Positions 25,097 to 34,498 of a stretch of DNA of 43,880 nucleotides are shown here, in pieces (within the stretch, counting starts at the first letter, position 1; each line of letters starts with the position of its first letter). The notes beneath the pieces are model-generated. The model made no database searches and was not told the DNA's origin. It saw only the letters and a list, made by a program, of their open reading frames with translations. This stretch comes from a virus (Duplodnaviria; Heunggongvirae; Uroviricota; Caudoviricetes). The position numbers and the translations under genes were made by a program. The stretch is from IMG/VR virus record IMGVR_UViG_2877948078_000004; one strand, 5' to 3'.

Positions 25097-25390
25097 ATGA
25101 AAAAAATGCTACTCGCTACTGCGCTGGCCCTGCTTATTACAGGATGTGCTCAACAGACATTTACTGTTCAAAACAAACAGACAGCAGTAGCACCAAAGGA
25201 AACCATCACCCATCATTTCTTCGTTTCTGGAATTGGGCAGAAGAAAACTGTCGATGCAGCTAAAATTTGTGGCGGCGCAGAAAATGTTGTTAAAACAGAA
25301 ACCCAGCAAACATTCGTAAATGGATTGCTCGGTTTTATTACTTTAGGCATTTATACTCCGCTGGAAGCGCGTGTGTATTGCTCAAAATAA
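25097..25390 (+). CDS. bor: Bor lipoprotein (serum-resistance moron)
   Basis: 97 aa with lipoprotein signal (MKKMLLATALALLITGC), near-identical to lambda Bor as I recall it. Confidence 0.9.
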   Translation: MKKMLLATALALLITGCAQQTFTVQNKQTAVAPKETITHHFFVSGIGQKKTVDAAKICGGAENVVKTETQQTFVNGLLGFITLGIYTPLEARVYCSK

Positions 25391-25421
25391 TTGCATGAGT
25401 TGCCCATCGATATGGTCAGCT

Positions 25422-25883
25422 CTATCTGCACTGCTCATTAATATACTTCTGGGTTCCTTCCAGTTGTTTTTGCATAGTGATCAGCCTCTCTCTGAGGGTG
25501 AAATAATCCCGTTCAGCGGTGTCTGCCAGTCGGGGGGAGGCTGCATTATCCACGCCGGAGGCCGTGGTGGCTTCACGCACTGACTGACAGACTGCTTTGA
25601 TGTGCAACCGACGACGACCAGCGGCAACATCATCACGCAGAGCATCATTTTCAGCTTTAGCATCAGCTAACTCCTTCGTGTATTTTGCATCGAGCGCAGC
25701 AACATCACGCTGACGCATCTGCATGTCAGTAATTGCCGCGTTCGCTAGCTTCAGTTCTCTGGCATTTTTGTCGCGCTGGGCTTTGTAGGCGATTGCGTTA
25801 TCACGGTAATGATTGACCGCCCATGACAGGCTGACGATGATGCAGATAATCAGAGCGGATATAATCGCGGTTACTCTGCTCAC
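25422..25883 (-). CDS. Rz: Inner-membrane spanin Rz
   Basis: 153 aa from GTG ([17 protein letters not shown]…), overlapping the R stop (GTGA); lambda Rz-like including the C-terminus …[13 protein letters not shown]. Confidence 0.85.
25481..25663 (-). CDS. Rz1: Outer-membrane lipoprotein spanin Rz1 (embedded in Rz, +1 frame)
   Basis: 60 aa [50 protein letters not shown]…, lipobox LVVVGC and proline-rich, nested inside Rz. Confidence 0.85.
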   Translation of the reverse strand: MLKLKMMLCVMMLPLVVVGCTSKQSVSQCVKPPRPPAWIMQPPPDWQTPLNGIISPSERG

Positions 25884-26377
25884 TGTTGCCCCCACAAACA
25901 GACTTCACGCTCAATCTCACGACGAGTCATCAGGCCTTTCCATTGCTTACCGCCAGCGTATGTCCAGCGACGCAGCTGATCACATGCGCCTTTGATATCG
26001 CCCTGGTTTATTTTGCGAAGAAGCGTCGATGTTCTAAAATTGCCAGCACCCACGTTGTAAACGAATGAGTAAAGAGCGCCGCGCGTTGTTTCCGGTATAT
26101 CGACTTTGATATACGGGTTAATTTGTCTGGCGACAGTGGCAAGGTCTTTATTCAAGAGTGCTTTGCATTCTGCTTTGGTATACGTTTTACCGAGCATGAT
26201 GTCTTTTCCGGTGTGTCCGTGACATACAGTCCATACACCAACAATATCTTTGTATGGTATGTAGCTGACACCTTCCAGACCATCGTTACCACTTGGGCCA
26301 GTGATTAACACTGATGCTATAGCAATTGCTCCGCCACCAATAGCAGCAGCAACGGCTTTTCGTAATGATGGAGGCAT
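25880..26377 (-). CDS. R: SAR endolysin (phage 21 R21-type lysozyme with N-terminal signal-anchor-release domain)
   Basis: 165 aa; N-terminal weakly hydrophobic Gly/Ala-rich SAR segment ([20 protein letters not shown]) followed by a lysozyme domain; sequence matches phage 21 R as I recall it. Confidence 0.85.
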
Positions 26378-26592
26378 TATTCACCTCTCGCAGCCTTGCG
26401 CTTATCTTCTTTAATCTTGAAATAAAGGTTTGTCAGGTACGTCAGCAGGCCAAATACCAGGCTACCCAGCACACCTATTGCTGCCCACTGTGAGGGCGTG
26501 ACTTTATCGAGCAGCTGTAAAAACCAGTAACCGGCACTACCTGCTGAGGTGCCATAGGCGACACCCGTTGTTAACTTATCCATGGATTTCAT
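26377..26592 (-). CDS. S: Pinholin (phage 21 S21-type, class II holin) with dual-start motif
   Basis: 71 aa from [28 protein letters not shown]… with GAGGTGGGG RBS; Met1/Met4 dual start (antiholin/holin) as in S21; two TMDs; overlaps R start. Confidence 0.85.
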
Positions 26593-26720
26593 AACCCCAC
26601 CTCGCAGACAAAGCGGGTGTAAATTGAGGGAATACAACGTATCGCAAAAAAGCAGAAACGTAACAGACTCGGAGTCAGTGAATAACTCAGGTATTGGGTT
26701 ATCAGCTAATATCGAGACTC

Positions 26721-26751
26721 AAAAAATGGAAAAACCCGCTCGACGGCGGGT
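26721..26751 (-). terminator. Intrinsic terminator-like hairpin upstream of S on the late strand
   Basis: On - strand: ACCCGC-CGTCGA-GCGGGT followed by TTTTCCATTTTTT. Confidence 0.45.
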
Positions 26752-27181
26752 TTAAGCTGTGTGACGAAGTAACCACTCTTAACAGCATAACCAATTTTTT
26801 ACGTACGTAAACCACAAAATGATATTTGCGAGAATGCTACCGAGTATTGAAAACACCACTACAAATACATAAGCAAATCTCAACAAATAACCAACAAATA
26901 ATTTCCAGTGTTATTTTTAGCCGATTTAAATTGAACCTTCAAATTACAGAGCACTTATAAATAACAGCCGTTAATATAAATTGGCTAATAGATTTATTTT
27001 TATTCAGCCAAGATCCATGAATAGGATTCGATAGAAAAAAGTTCAGATAAAAATAGAGATCTACTTCACAAATCAAACGAGAAACCAAAACTTACATCTT
27101 GAAATAATCACATTGATTAGATGAATATTTATCGCGCAGTGACATCATTTTTTAATAATAGTTCAAAAAAAAGGGCTCACG

Positions 27182-28264
27182 ATGAAAAAATTAACAGTGG
27201 CAATTTCTGCTGTAGCTGCATCAGTACTGATGGCGATGTCTGCTCAGGCAGCTGAAATTTATAATAAAGACAGTAACAAGCTGGATCTATATGGGAAAGT
27301 TAATGCCAAGCACTACTTCTCCTCTAATGATGCAGATGATGGTGATACTACTTATGCCCGTCTTGGCTTCAAAGGTGAAACCCAAATCAACGATCAACTG
27401 ACTGGTTTCGGTCAGTGGGAATATGAATTCAAAGGCAACCGCGCTGAATCTCAAGGCTCCTCCAAAGACAAAACCCGTCTTGCATTTGCAGGCCTGAAAT
27501 TCGGGGACTACGGCTCAATCGATTACGGCCGTAACTACGGTGTAGCATATGACATCGGTGCGTGGACTGACGTTCTGCCAGAATTCGGTGGCGATACCTG
27601 GACCCAAACAGATGTGTTCATGACTGGTCGCACCACTGGTGTTGCAACTTATCGTAACAACGACTTCTTTGGTCTGGTTGATGGTCTGAACTTTGCTGCT
27701 CAGTATCAGGGTAAAAATGACCGCACTGACGTAACTGAAGCTAATGGTGATGGTTTCGGTTTCTCCACTACTTATGAGTATGAAGGATTCGGTGTAGGTG
27801 CAACCTATGCTAAATCTGACCGCACTAATAATCAGGTTATCTACGGTAACAACAGCCTGAATGCATCTGGTCAAAATGCTGAAGTATGGGCAGCTGGTCT
27901 GAAATATGATGCGAACAACATCTATCTGGCTACCACCTATTCTGAAACCCAGAACATGACTGTTTTTGGTAATAACCATATTGCCAACAAAGCACAAAAC
28001 TTCGAAGTAGTTGCACAATATCAGTTCGACTTCGGTCTGCGTCCGTCCGTTGCTTACCTGCAATCTAAAGGAAAAGACTTGGGTGCGTGGGGTGATCAGG
28101 ACCTGGTTGAATATATTGATGTAGGTGCAACCTATTACTTCAACAAAAATATGTCCACTTTTGTTGATTACAAAATCAACCTGATTGATAAGAGCGATTT
28201 CACGAAAGCATCTGGCGTTGCTACCGATGATATCGTTGCTGTAGGTATGGTTTACCAGTTCTAA
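27182..28264 (+). CDS. nmpC: OmpC/OmpF-family general porin (phage Lc / NmpC-like lysogenic-conversion porin)
   Basis: 360 aa with signal peptide ([23 protein letters not shown]), AEIYNKD… mature N-terminus, C-terminal …VGMVYQF beta-barrel signature; sits between Q and the lysis genes, opposite strand, as in DLP12/PA-2. Confidence 0.85.
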   Translation: MKKLTVAISAVAASVLMAMSAQAAEIYNKDSNKLDLYGKVNAKHYFSSNDADDGDTTYARLGFKGETQINDQLTGFGQWEYEFKGNRAESQGSSKDKTRLAFAGLKFGDYGSIDYGRNYGVAYDIGAWTDVLPEFGGDTWTQTDVFMTGRTTGVATYRNNDFFGLVDGLNFAAQYQGKNDRTDVTEANGDGFGFSTTYEYEGFGVGATYAKSDRTNNQVIYGNNSLNASGQNAEVWAAGLKYDANNIYLATTYSETQNMTVFGNNHIANKAQNFEVVAQYQFDFGLRPSVAYLQSKGKDLGAWGDQDLVEYIDVGATYYFNKNMSTFVDYKINLIDKSDFTKASGVATDDIVAVGMVYQF

Positions 28265-28400
28265 TTTGATTACTAAAAGATATGTTGCGGGAGGCTTTGC
28301 CTCCCCAACATATAAGTGGCTCCCTCAAGCCACTTCCTTTAGGAGCACAACCTTGCTTCTAACTATATAAACCTTCTGTTATATATTACCCTTTATTTTT

Positions 28401-28430
28401 GGGGGCGTTGCAACGCCCCATTTTTAATAA
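28401..28430 (+). terminator. Intrinsic terminator (perfect palindrome GGGGCGTTGCAACGCCCC + T-run) downstream of porin gene
   Basis: GC-rich perfect inverted repeat followed by ATTTTTAATAATTTTT on + strand. Confidence 0.55.
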
Positions 28431-28452
28431 TTTTTAGTAAACAATTGGCATA

Positions 28453-28836
28453 TTAATTAGAGTTATTAACAACGATATCCATCTCTAACCGGATATCTAA
28501 TGCCATTAACATCCCTTCAATTATGCCCTCAGCCTTCTGTAACCTTTTCCCGATATAACCATCAGAGCAGCAATGCTTACCTGCCAGTGACATGAATGTC
28601 ATACCGACTACATAATAATCTACTAATAAATCGTGCAAATCGCTGTTGTTCTTTTTCAGACGGGCCATGCACCCGCAAATAATCATCGCGTCATCGTCAC
28701 AACATTGCGGGCGAGATTTTACTTTTGAAGTAATTAATCCCTTAAAACCGGCGGCAATGGACGACCAGGTCACATCTTCATGATTATTAGCCGCCCACGC
28801 TCCCCAACGCTCAAGAACCATCTGAATATCACGCAT
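28453..28836 (-). CDS. quuD: Late-gene antiterminator Q (QuuD / phage 82-type Q)
   Basis: 127 aa from [22 protein letters not shown]… with GGAG RBS; Cys-rich zinc-binding core ([12 protein letters not shown]…HCC); track ORF has 5 extra upstream codons from TTG. Confidence 0.8.
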   Translation of the reverse strand: MRDIQMVLERWGAWAANNHEDVTWSSIAAGFKGLITSKVKSRPQCCDDDAMIICGCMARLKKNNSDLHDLLVDYYVVGMTFMSLAGKHCCSDGYIGKRLQKAEGIIEGMLMALDIRLEMDIVVNNSN

Positions 28837-28918
28837 CAACTTACTCCACAAAAATCAGACCAGAACGCCAATTACAAGCAAAAATCAACAAAACAGTATT
28901 AGTTGATTGTTATCTCTG

Positions 28919-29059
28919 ACTTCATACTCCTGCTCCTGTCAGGGTTTTGGCGTAATTCTTCAGTATTCGGTAATCGGTCAAAACAGAACCGGGGAAACGA
29001 TATAAGCGCAGATGCCCCCAGCGGTGGCGAAGAAGTTCTGCCATATAAAACTCAAACAT
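28919..29059 (-). CDS. ylcG: Small protein YlcG-like
   Basis: 46-codon [48 protein letters not shown], start overlapping rusA stop (ATGATG/TGA); below the size cutoff of the supplied ORF track. Confidence 0.55.
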
Positions 29060-29421
29060 CATTCATTCCCCATTTCGGTGATGGTCAGTTCCAGCCTCCC
29101 ACCTTTGGTAACAGGCATCTTCACAACGCGGTAATCAACGACCTGAGCATCATCCAGCCAGAAACCTGCTTTGGTGAGTGCGTCAAAAGAGGCTTTTTGT
29201 AGATTATCCAGGTCACGGCGACGGCGATCCGGCATGTGGCACTCAATGCGGATTTTCACAGGCATAGCCAGACCGATATCCAGCATTGAGCCTTTAATGA
29301 TTCGGGCGACGTTATCGCGGTATGCCTGCCCTTCTGCGCTGATGTGCGTGCGCCCTCGATTATGGCGGTAGTAGCGGTTATTGCTCGGCGGCCAGGGTAG
29401 TGTGATGTGGTAAGTATTCAC
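29059..29421 (-). CDS. rusA: Holliday junction resolvase RusA
   Basis: 120 aa [26 protein letters not shown]…DLDN…, RusA family as in DLP12. Confidence 0.9.
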   Translation of the reverse strand: MNTYHITLPWPPSNNRYYRHNRGRTHISAEGQAYRDNVARIIKGSMLDIGLAMPVKIRIECHMPDRRRRDLDNLQKASFDALTKAGFWLDDAQVVDYRVVKMPVTKGGRLELTITEMGNE

Positions 29422-29708
29422 GCCTTAATTACCCCCTCTTTCAGCCAGATAACCTGCGTTCTCGCCATACCTTCCAGCGCGCATTCTTTTGCATATCCAG
29501 CGTCAACAAAATGCGTGCGGCGGTCGATTTCGTCGTGGCAGGCAGAACATGCAATGGTGGCAATCAGGTCTGGCGGTTTCGTACCGGTGCCGCACAATCC
29601 AGTCAGCCGGATATGTGCCAGTACAGACGTTTCAGGGTTGCCATTACATACGCCAGGGATTCTTACCTGGCATTCCCGACCACGCGCTGCTTTTCTCAAA
29701 TCAGCCAT
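29418..29708 (-). CDS. ybcO: YbcO-like zinc-binding protein (DUF1364, putative nuclease)
   Basis: 96 aa from [28 protein letters not shown]… with AAGGAGG RBS; Cys/His cluster; track ORF extends 13 codons upstream. Confidence 0.75.
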   Translation of the reverse strand: MADLRKAARGRECQVRIPGVCNGNPETSVLAHIRLTGLCGTGTKPPDLIATIACSACHDEIDRRTHFVDAGYAKECALEGMARTQVIWLKEGVIKA

Positions 29709-29871
29709 GATTCCTCCTTGCTGCCAGTCGCAACCATTTTTTATCAACCAGGCTAGCGGTATATCCGAGCAGTGTTGGTATTTCGGATGGCTTCAGCTCA
29801 GGTTTACGCTTACGACGATTTGGTACTTTGTAGATGTGTCCGTTCATGACACGAATAAGCGGTGTAGCCAT
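29701..29871 (-). CDS. ninE: NinE-like protein
   Basis: 56 aa [56 protein letters not shown]; basic, nin-region position; track ORF extends upstream. Confidence 0.7.
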   Translation of the reverse strand: MATPLIRVMNGHIYKVPNRRKRKPELKPSEIPTLLGYTASLVDKKWLRLAARRNHG

Positions 29872-30326
29872 TACGCCTCCTGCTTGTCGCGCAGCAGCTG
29901 AAACTCGCAGCTCTGTGGAATAGTCAGGTGGCAACCAATATTCATCGCCCAGGCTTCAACCTTACACAGGAAGACATACATCTCTCCGGTATCAAGATCG
30001 GAGGTATGGCGTAACGACTGGATAGTGGTGATATCACCGGTTACGACATCAACCAGGTCTTTGGTTTCATAACCGAGATATGTGTGTTTGAGAGCATCTT
30101 TTACCCAAGCTGGAGTGGCGAACGTTTTACCCTTGCTGATGAGGTATTCACTGATTTCGCTGTACCACATGTGGCTGAGTGCATTCTGGGAAAGACTGCG
30201 TCTCTCGCGCCACGGTTTAAGCACCATGCGAAAGCATTTGCCGTCCTCCAGATAAGGCTGGATCTGCCGACCAATAGCGGTGAAGTTACCGCGATGCAGT
30301 TTGATGCCATCTTGTGGGAAGTTCAC
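29871..30326 (-). CDS. ybcN: YbcN-like nin-region protein
   Basis: 151 aa, GTG start with GGAGGTG RBS; DLP12 YbcN-like; first gene of the nin block. Confidence 0.75.
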   Translation of the reverse strand: MNFPQDGIKLHRGNFTAIGRQIQPYLEDGKCFRMVLKPWRERRSLSQNALSHMWYSEISEYLISKGKTFATPAWVKDALKHTYLGYETKDLVDVVTGDITTIQSLRHTSDLDTGEMYVFLCKVEAWAMNIGCHLTIPQSCEFQLLRDKQEA

Positions 30327-30354
30327 GCTTCACCTCCGCAGAGATCAAACGCTG

Positions 30355-30460
30355 GATGCAAAAAAACGCAGGTGCATTTCTGCATCTGTGGCAAGGCGAG
30401 GAGTTCAACTTGTGGTCGCATATAATTTCCCAATCATATGCGCAGAAGTCACCGCAGGGT
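30355..30460. repeat. Copy A of a ~105-bp imperfect direct repeat (terminator-like hairpin on - strand)
   Basis: Shares exact 21-mer AGGTGCATTTCTGCATCTGTG (30370..30390) and 15-mer GCGCAGAAGTCACCG (30441..30455) with copy B at 31852..31872 and 31922..31936; on - strand the 21-mer forms CAGATGCA-GAAA-TGCACCTG followed by U7. Confidence 0.7.
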
Positions 30461-30496
30461 GTTCAGGCCAACGGTGACGGTATTATTGCTTATTGA

Positions 30497-30748
30497 TTAT
30501 GATTTTTCAATTTCATCAATAACCTTGTGATAGACAATACCAGAAAGGCCAACAGACAGTGGATGTTCATGAAATATTGGCTCATTTGCATAAACCCAAT
30601 GCCCGACAAATTCTTCTGGGCTTGATATGTATAACTCACGAAGAAAATGGAGATCCCTCTCTACAACTAATTTCGTATCGTCCAAGAGCGCTGCATTTAC
30701 GCTAGTTTTATGGCTGTGCATTAATTTACATTTGGTGAAGGACATCAT
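30497..30748 (-). CDS. Hypothetical protein (83 aa)
   Basis: ORF with strong AAGGAG RBS; no recognisable family. Confidence 0.5.
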   Translation of the reverse strand: MMSFTKCKLMHSHKTSVNAALLDDTKLVVERDLHFLRELYISSPEEFVGHWVYANEPIFHEHPLSVGLSGIVYHKVIDEIEKS

Positions 30749-30807
30749 GGCAAAAGCTCCTTTTTCTTATGAATCCATATGTTAGCTAAATTGGAGAGAC
30801 ACAGTAG

Positions 30808-31422
30808 CTAACGTTGTTTAATAACATTCTGACGCAAATGTGGCAATACTCGACTCCACTTATCATCCTGCCACGGCTGGAATTTTACATGTGCCGTTTC
30901 TCTGGCGAGGATTGCTCGCGCTCTGGTGAGTATCTGGGGATATTCTTGCTCGATGGAAGTGAAGCGACCAGCTTCACGATGCTCCGCAACCTGAAGAAGG
31001 GGAGTAACGTTCTGGCAGGCGGTTAACATCGCATCCCCAGCTCGCCATAACCAAGCAAGTGTGCAAAGTTCGTTATCAGTGAATTGTTTTGTGATCGGGG
31101 ATTGTTGAACTTCTCGATCGAGAATATCCAGAACCCAGCGGCGGAACTCTTTGGCTACAGGAGTTCGTGCAAACATGGCGATCAAATGGGCTCCGCGAAG
31201 GCTAAATACTCGAGACTCCTGCATTCCACGAGGGGTGGTCACTTTGACCACCCTTGTCATCATATCTGTAAATTCATCTGAGTGACGAGAGTAAATGCGC
31301 TGAACTGCTTTATCGTCCGCATATTCCAGAGCTAAACCAACTTCAGTGGCAGTAAGCCAAATTCTGTTATTGTGGCAAATTGGGGTAAACGTCGTTTTGT
31401 GGAATGCTAATTGAGTAGTCAT
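30808..31422 (-). CDS. Bro-N domain protein (putative antirepressor-like / DNA-binding)
   Basis: 204 aa; N-terminal region (…NNRIWLTATEVGLALEYADDKAVQRIYSRHSDEF…SLRGAHLIAMFARTPVAKEFRRWVLDILDREV) fits the Bro-N/KilA-N-like pattern; GAGGTGA RBS. Confidence 0.5.
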   Translation of the reverse strand: MTTQLAFHKTTFTPICHNNRIWLTATEVGLALEYADDKAVQRIYSRHSDEFTDMMTRVVKVTTPRGMQESRVFSLRGAHLIAMFARTPVAKEFRRWVLDILDREVQQSPITKQFTDNELCTLAWLWRAGDAMLTACQNVTPLLQVAEHREAGRFTSIEQEYPQILTRARAILARETAHVKFQPWQDDKWSRVLPHLRQNVIKQR

Positions 31423-31685
31423 AGTTTCACCTCATCAGGTTAACCATCACCACCAACGACGCCAATCGACTGGTGGTGAACTGTGCAAGGTTGGCGTAAC
31501 CGGCTACTCAAATCCGGCGCTCCCGAAGAAGCCCTCACACAGCCCACCATAATTTGGGCGTAGCCGTGCTTAGCGCATAAAAAAACCGCTTAACGCGGTA
31601 TGCGTTGAGTAGTATTCCGGGACGCCAATCCCGTGTGCCGATTTTGCGGCAACGCACAGAATATATCCCCAGATAAATCATGTCG

Positions 31686-31775
31686 TCAACCCCAGTAAAT
31701 GGACACCATGATGATCACAGCCATAGCTGCTACAACAGTTACAACTACCTCAGGCCAAAACATAACGATTTCCAT
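31686..31775 (-). CDS. 29-codon hydrophobic peptide (possible small membrane toxin-like ORF)
   Basis: MEIVMFWPEVVVTVVAAMAVIIMVSIYWG with AAGGTGA RBS; single predicted TM helix; sits just downstream (on - strand) of repeat copy B. Confidence 0.3.
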   Translation of the reverse strand: MEIVMFWPEVVVTVVAAMAVIIMVSIYWG

Positions 31776-31835
31776 ATCACCTTTAGCCGCCAGACGAATA
31801 GAGACTCCCAATTCTGGCTGTCGAAGTAAAACACC

Positions 31836-31943
31836 GAATGTAAAAAATCGTAGGTGCATTTCTGCATCTGTGAATGGAGAAGATAGGTTGGATTGTATGT
31901 GCGCATAAACGTCCCCGTTTAGCGCAGAAGTCACCGGAGTTGT
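31836..31943. repeat. Copy B of the ~105-bp imperfect direct repeat
   Basis: See copy A; the central ~50 bp differs between copies. Confidence 0.7.
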
Positions 31944-32033
31944 TCAGGCTCCGGCTTATTAATATTGCCTACTTACAATTAATTTTTCAACTGTTAGAAA
32001 CTTATAATTAGCTGTCTCTTTGTAACTATCAAT

Positions 32034-33930
32034 TTAATTATTTTTCTTTAACTTGAAATTTCTTCCCATTGCTAGTGTTCTTCGAAGATTCGAATCATAA
32101 GCTGGTTGATAATATCTATCATAAAAATCCTTAATTGTCTGATGGTAAGTATCCAGCATCAAACCATAAAACCCCATGACCTTAAGATAATCCACCAAGG
32201 GAAATAAATAATCATCAGTCTGAACATCAGTATCAATATTATTTTTTTGTTTTTTAACTTCAAATTTGTATAAGTTTAACTCACCCTTATCCATCGTGTA
32301 TGAAAAAAGGTCGTCAAAAATCAAATCAATTTTTGTCATAGGAACTCGTTCTTTTCCAGACATTATAGGTAGAATATCAATACCTAAGAGCGAACCTAAT
32401 ACAAAGTCGTAATGAAGCGAAATCACTGAGTCATTCGATGTCGAGTTGCCTTTGATAAATACTCTACTTAGTGCCGAGTCAAAAACATTCTCAACTCTCT
32501 CTCTCGTCATGTTTGCGACATCTACAACCCCCATATCACGAGAAGCTTTTATTGTGATTTCATCTATAAATGCTTTGGAATCTAGTGAATGTAAAAACAA
32601 CATGAAGTTATCTAACTGTTCAGAGCATTTAATAGCCACCATAAGATTTTCGTATATATCTTTTTTATACTCAATCGGTAAATTTGCTACCGCAAAAGCA
32701 GCATAAAATTCTTGCACTGATTTATGCAGAAAAACATACCTATTATTTCCCTCAGGTTGGATAAGGCAAGTTATCTCAATAAGATCATCTATAAAGTTTG
32801 ATGCATCTTCTTTAAGATAACCTTCTGTTTCAATAGCATCTTCAGCATATCTAAGCAACTCCTCTCCCCAAAACTCAAATTTCTCCTCAATCAGTGCGTT
32901 ATAGCAAATAGCTGAAAAACACAATTTAGCTTTTTCACCAATAATGTTTGATTTTTTCTCGCGCGTATATACTTTTATTTTATCATGCCTTGCATATAAG
33001 GTGTCAAAGAGGCTTCGATAAAACTCTATTATATTATTTGGAATATCATTCATATAAGGATAACAATAATACAAAAGAGTAACTAAAATTGGATTGCAAA
33101 TAGTTCCCTCAAGTTCTTCTTTATCACATAGTAAATCCGCCAAGACTTTAAACGAGGCATCACTACTTGAGAATCTGTCATTTTTCGATAAAGAATGAAG
33201 AATACAAATCTTATCAGAAATATTTAGCTTATCTATAAAAATATTATACACATCAGTAGTATAACATATATCTGTATTTGGTCTCGTTGTTGCGATAATT
33301 GGTGTGTTAAAATGATAATGAATGTTTTTTATTTCATTCATCATCATAGTTCGCTCTTCATGTTTAACCTCATCAAATCCATCCAACATTAAAACGACTC
33401 TTTGGGATTGCAGTAATATTTTCAAGCTATCCTCTGAACACCCCACACCAAATGAATTAAGAATGTCTGCCAGATAAGCAATAATATTTGCATTCTTCAC
33501 CCTTCTTAATTCAATAAAAAAAAGGCATCCGTTCTGATTTTTTTATTTCCTCGCTAAACAACTTGCGTAAAATAGTACTTTTCCCTTGCCCCGCTATACC
33601 GACTATATTTACAATACCATGAAATGGTAAAGTGACCCCATCTTTTATAACGACCTTGTCTTTATTAGATGCCACCTCAACAGTTAACGGATAATAAATA
33701 TCATCTAAAAAAATATCATAATCAGCGTTGTGCAAAGTTCTCATTTTCAGAGATGGTAGCACATGCTTTCTTAAATAATTTTCTCTTCCGAGGGGATCAT
33801 TTAATTGTTCGAGTATAACCTTGCCTTCATCTAGGTCCCTAGCCCAAGGTTTAGAGAGCAATACTTCTGTTATTTTTTCCGCAGCTTTTCCTACTGTGCT
33901 ATTAATAATAGTCGCAAGAAACTCATCCAT
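32034..33930 (-). pseudogene. NACHT/STAND-family P-loop NTPase, interrupted by a +1 frameshift at an A8/T8 homopolymer (33516..33523)
   Basis: Upstream ORF (33511..33987) ends just after Walker A (GIAGQGKST); downstream ORF (32034..33500) begins just before Walker B (VVLMLDGFDEV) and sensor-1-like IIATTRP. Removing one T from the T8 run (- strand) fuses both into a single ~630-aa reading frame. Low-GC island. Probable start at MDEFLATI (33930) with GGTGA RBS. Confidence 0.6.
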
Positions 33931-34318
33931 TTTTTCACCACATTCATTAACCAATACGTGGTGCATTCTTACAAGACTCAGTAACAATTGTCAATCATAG
34001 GTTTTCGCATGATTGCAAAACGCCATAAACAATTGTAGCACCATAATTTTAAACACTATATAATATACAACCTTCCTACAAGCATTCAGTACATCGCTTA
34101 ATCACAGGGCTTGAATATATAGTAAGGAATCGATATTAATCACCTCATCTACTTTAAACATCTTACACACCTATAATTTATAATAGTCAACACGAGGTCA
34201 TCATATTAAACATGCAATTACAAACATTCATTTTTATATAAATTTTCATGATTTAACCGTAGAGCGACGGTAATAAATTTCATATACAAGGATTTAAGCT
34301 CCCATACGTTTTCTATTA

Positions 34319-34498
34319 TTAAAAATAACATACCGTTCGCCAGACCTTACCATCAATGACCAGGATTCCTGCCCGCGCCATTTTTGCCGCAGCCTGATTT
34401 ATGCTGGTTAATGTCACACCTGTTGTCGCAGCAACGTCCGGCGCACAGAAGCTCTTGTGCGTCCCCAGGTAATGAATAATTGCTTCTTTTCCCGTCAT
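34319..34498 (-). CDS. ren: Ren-like protein, C-terminally truncated relative to lambda Ren
   Basis: 59 codons MTGKEAIIHYLGTHKSFCAPDVAATTGVTLTSINQAAAKMARAGILVIDGKVWRTV… match the N-terminal part of lambda Ren; stops where similarity to lambda ends; start overlaps P stop (ATGA). Confidence 0.6.
   Translation of the reverse strand: MTGKEAIIHYLGTHKSFCAPDVAATTGVTLTSINQAAAKMARAGILVIDGKVWRTVCYF

Noticed and set aside
26640-27180. AT-rich 540-bp intergenic region checked for tRNA genes (lambdoid phages often carry tRNAs between Q and S)
   Set aside because: No cloverleaf-compatible sequence or T-loop consensus seen by eye; more likely the porin promoter/leader. Would need a tRNA scan to exclude formally.
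27515-28063. 182-aa - strand ORF inside the porin gene
   Set aside because: Antisense to the porin CDS, which has a clear signal peptide and barrel signature; no RBS.
30421-30426. Perfect TATAAT hexamer on + strand inside repeat copy A
   Set aside because: No convincing -35 at 17 bp spacing and no downstream + strand gene; could drive an antisense RNA but support is insufficient.
33500-33511. Treating the two NACHT ORFs as two separate intact genes
   Set aside because: Walker A and Walker B of a single NTPase fold are split between them, the second ORF lacks a plausible RBS and start, and the junction lies in a homopolymer; a single frameshifted gene is more parsimonious.
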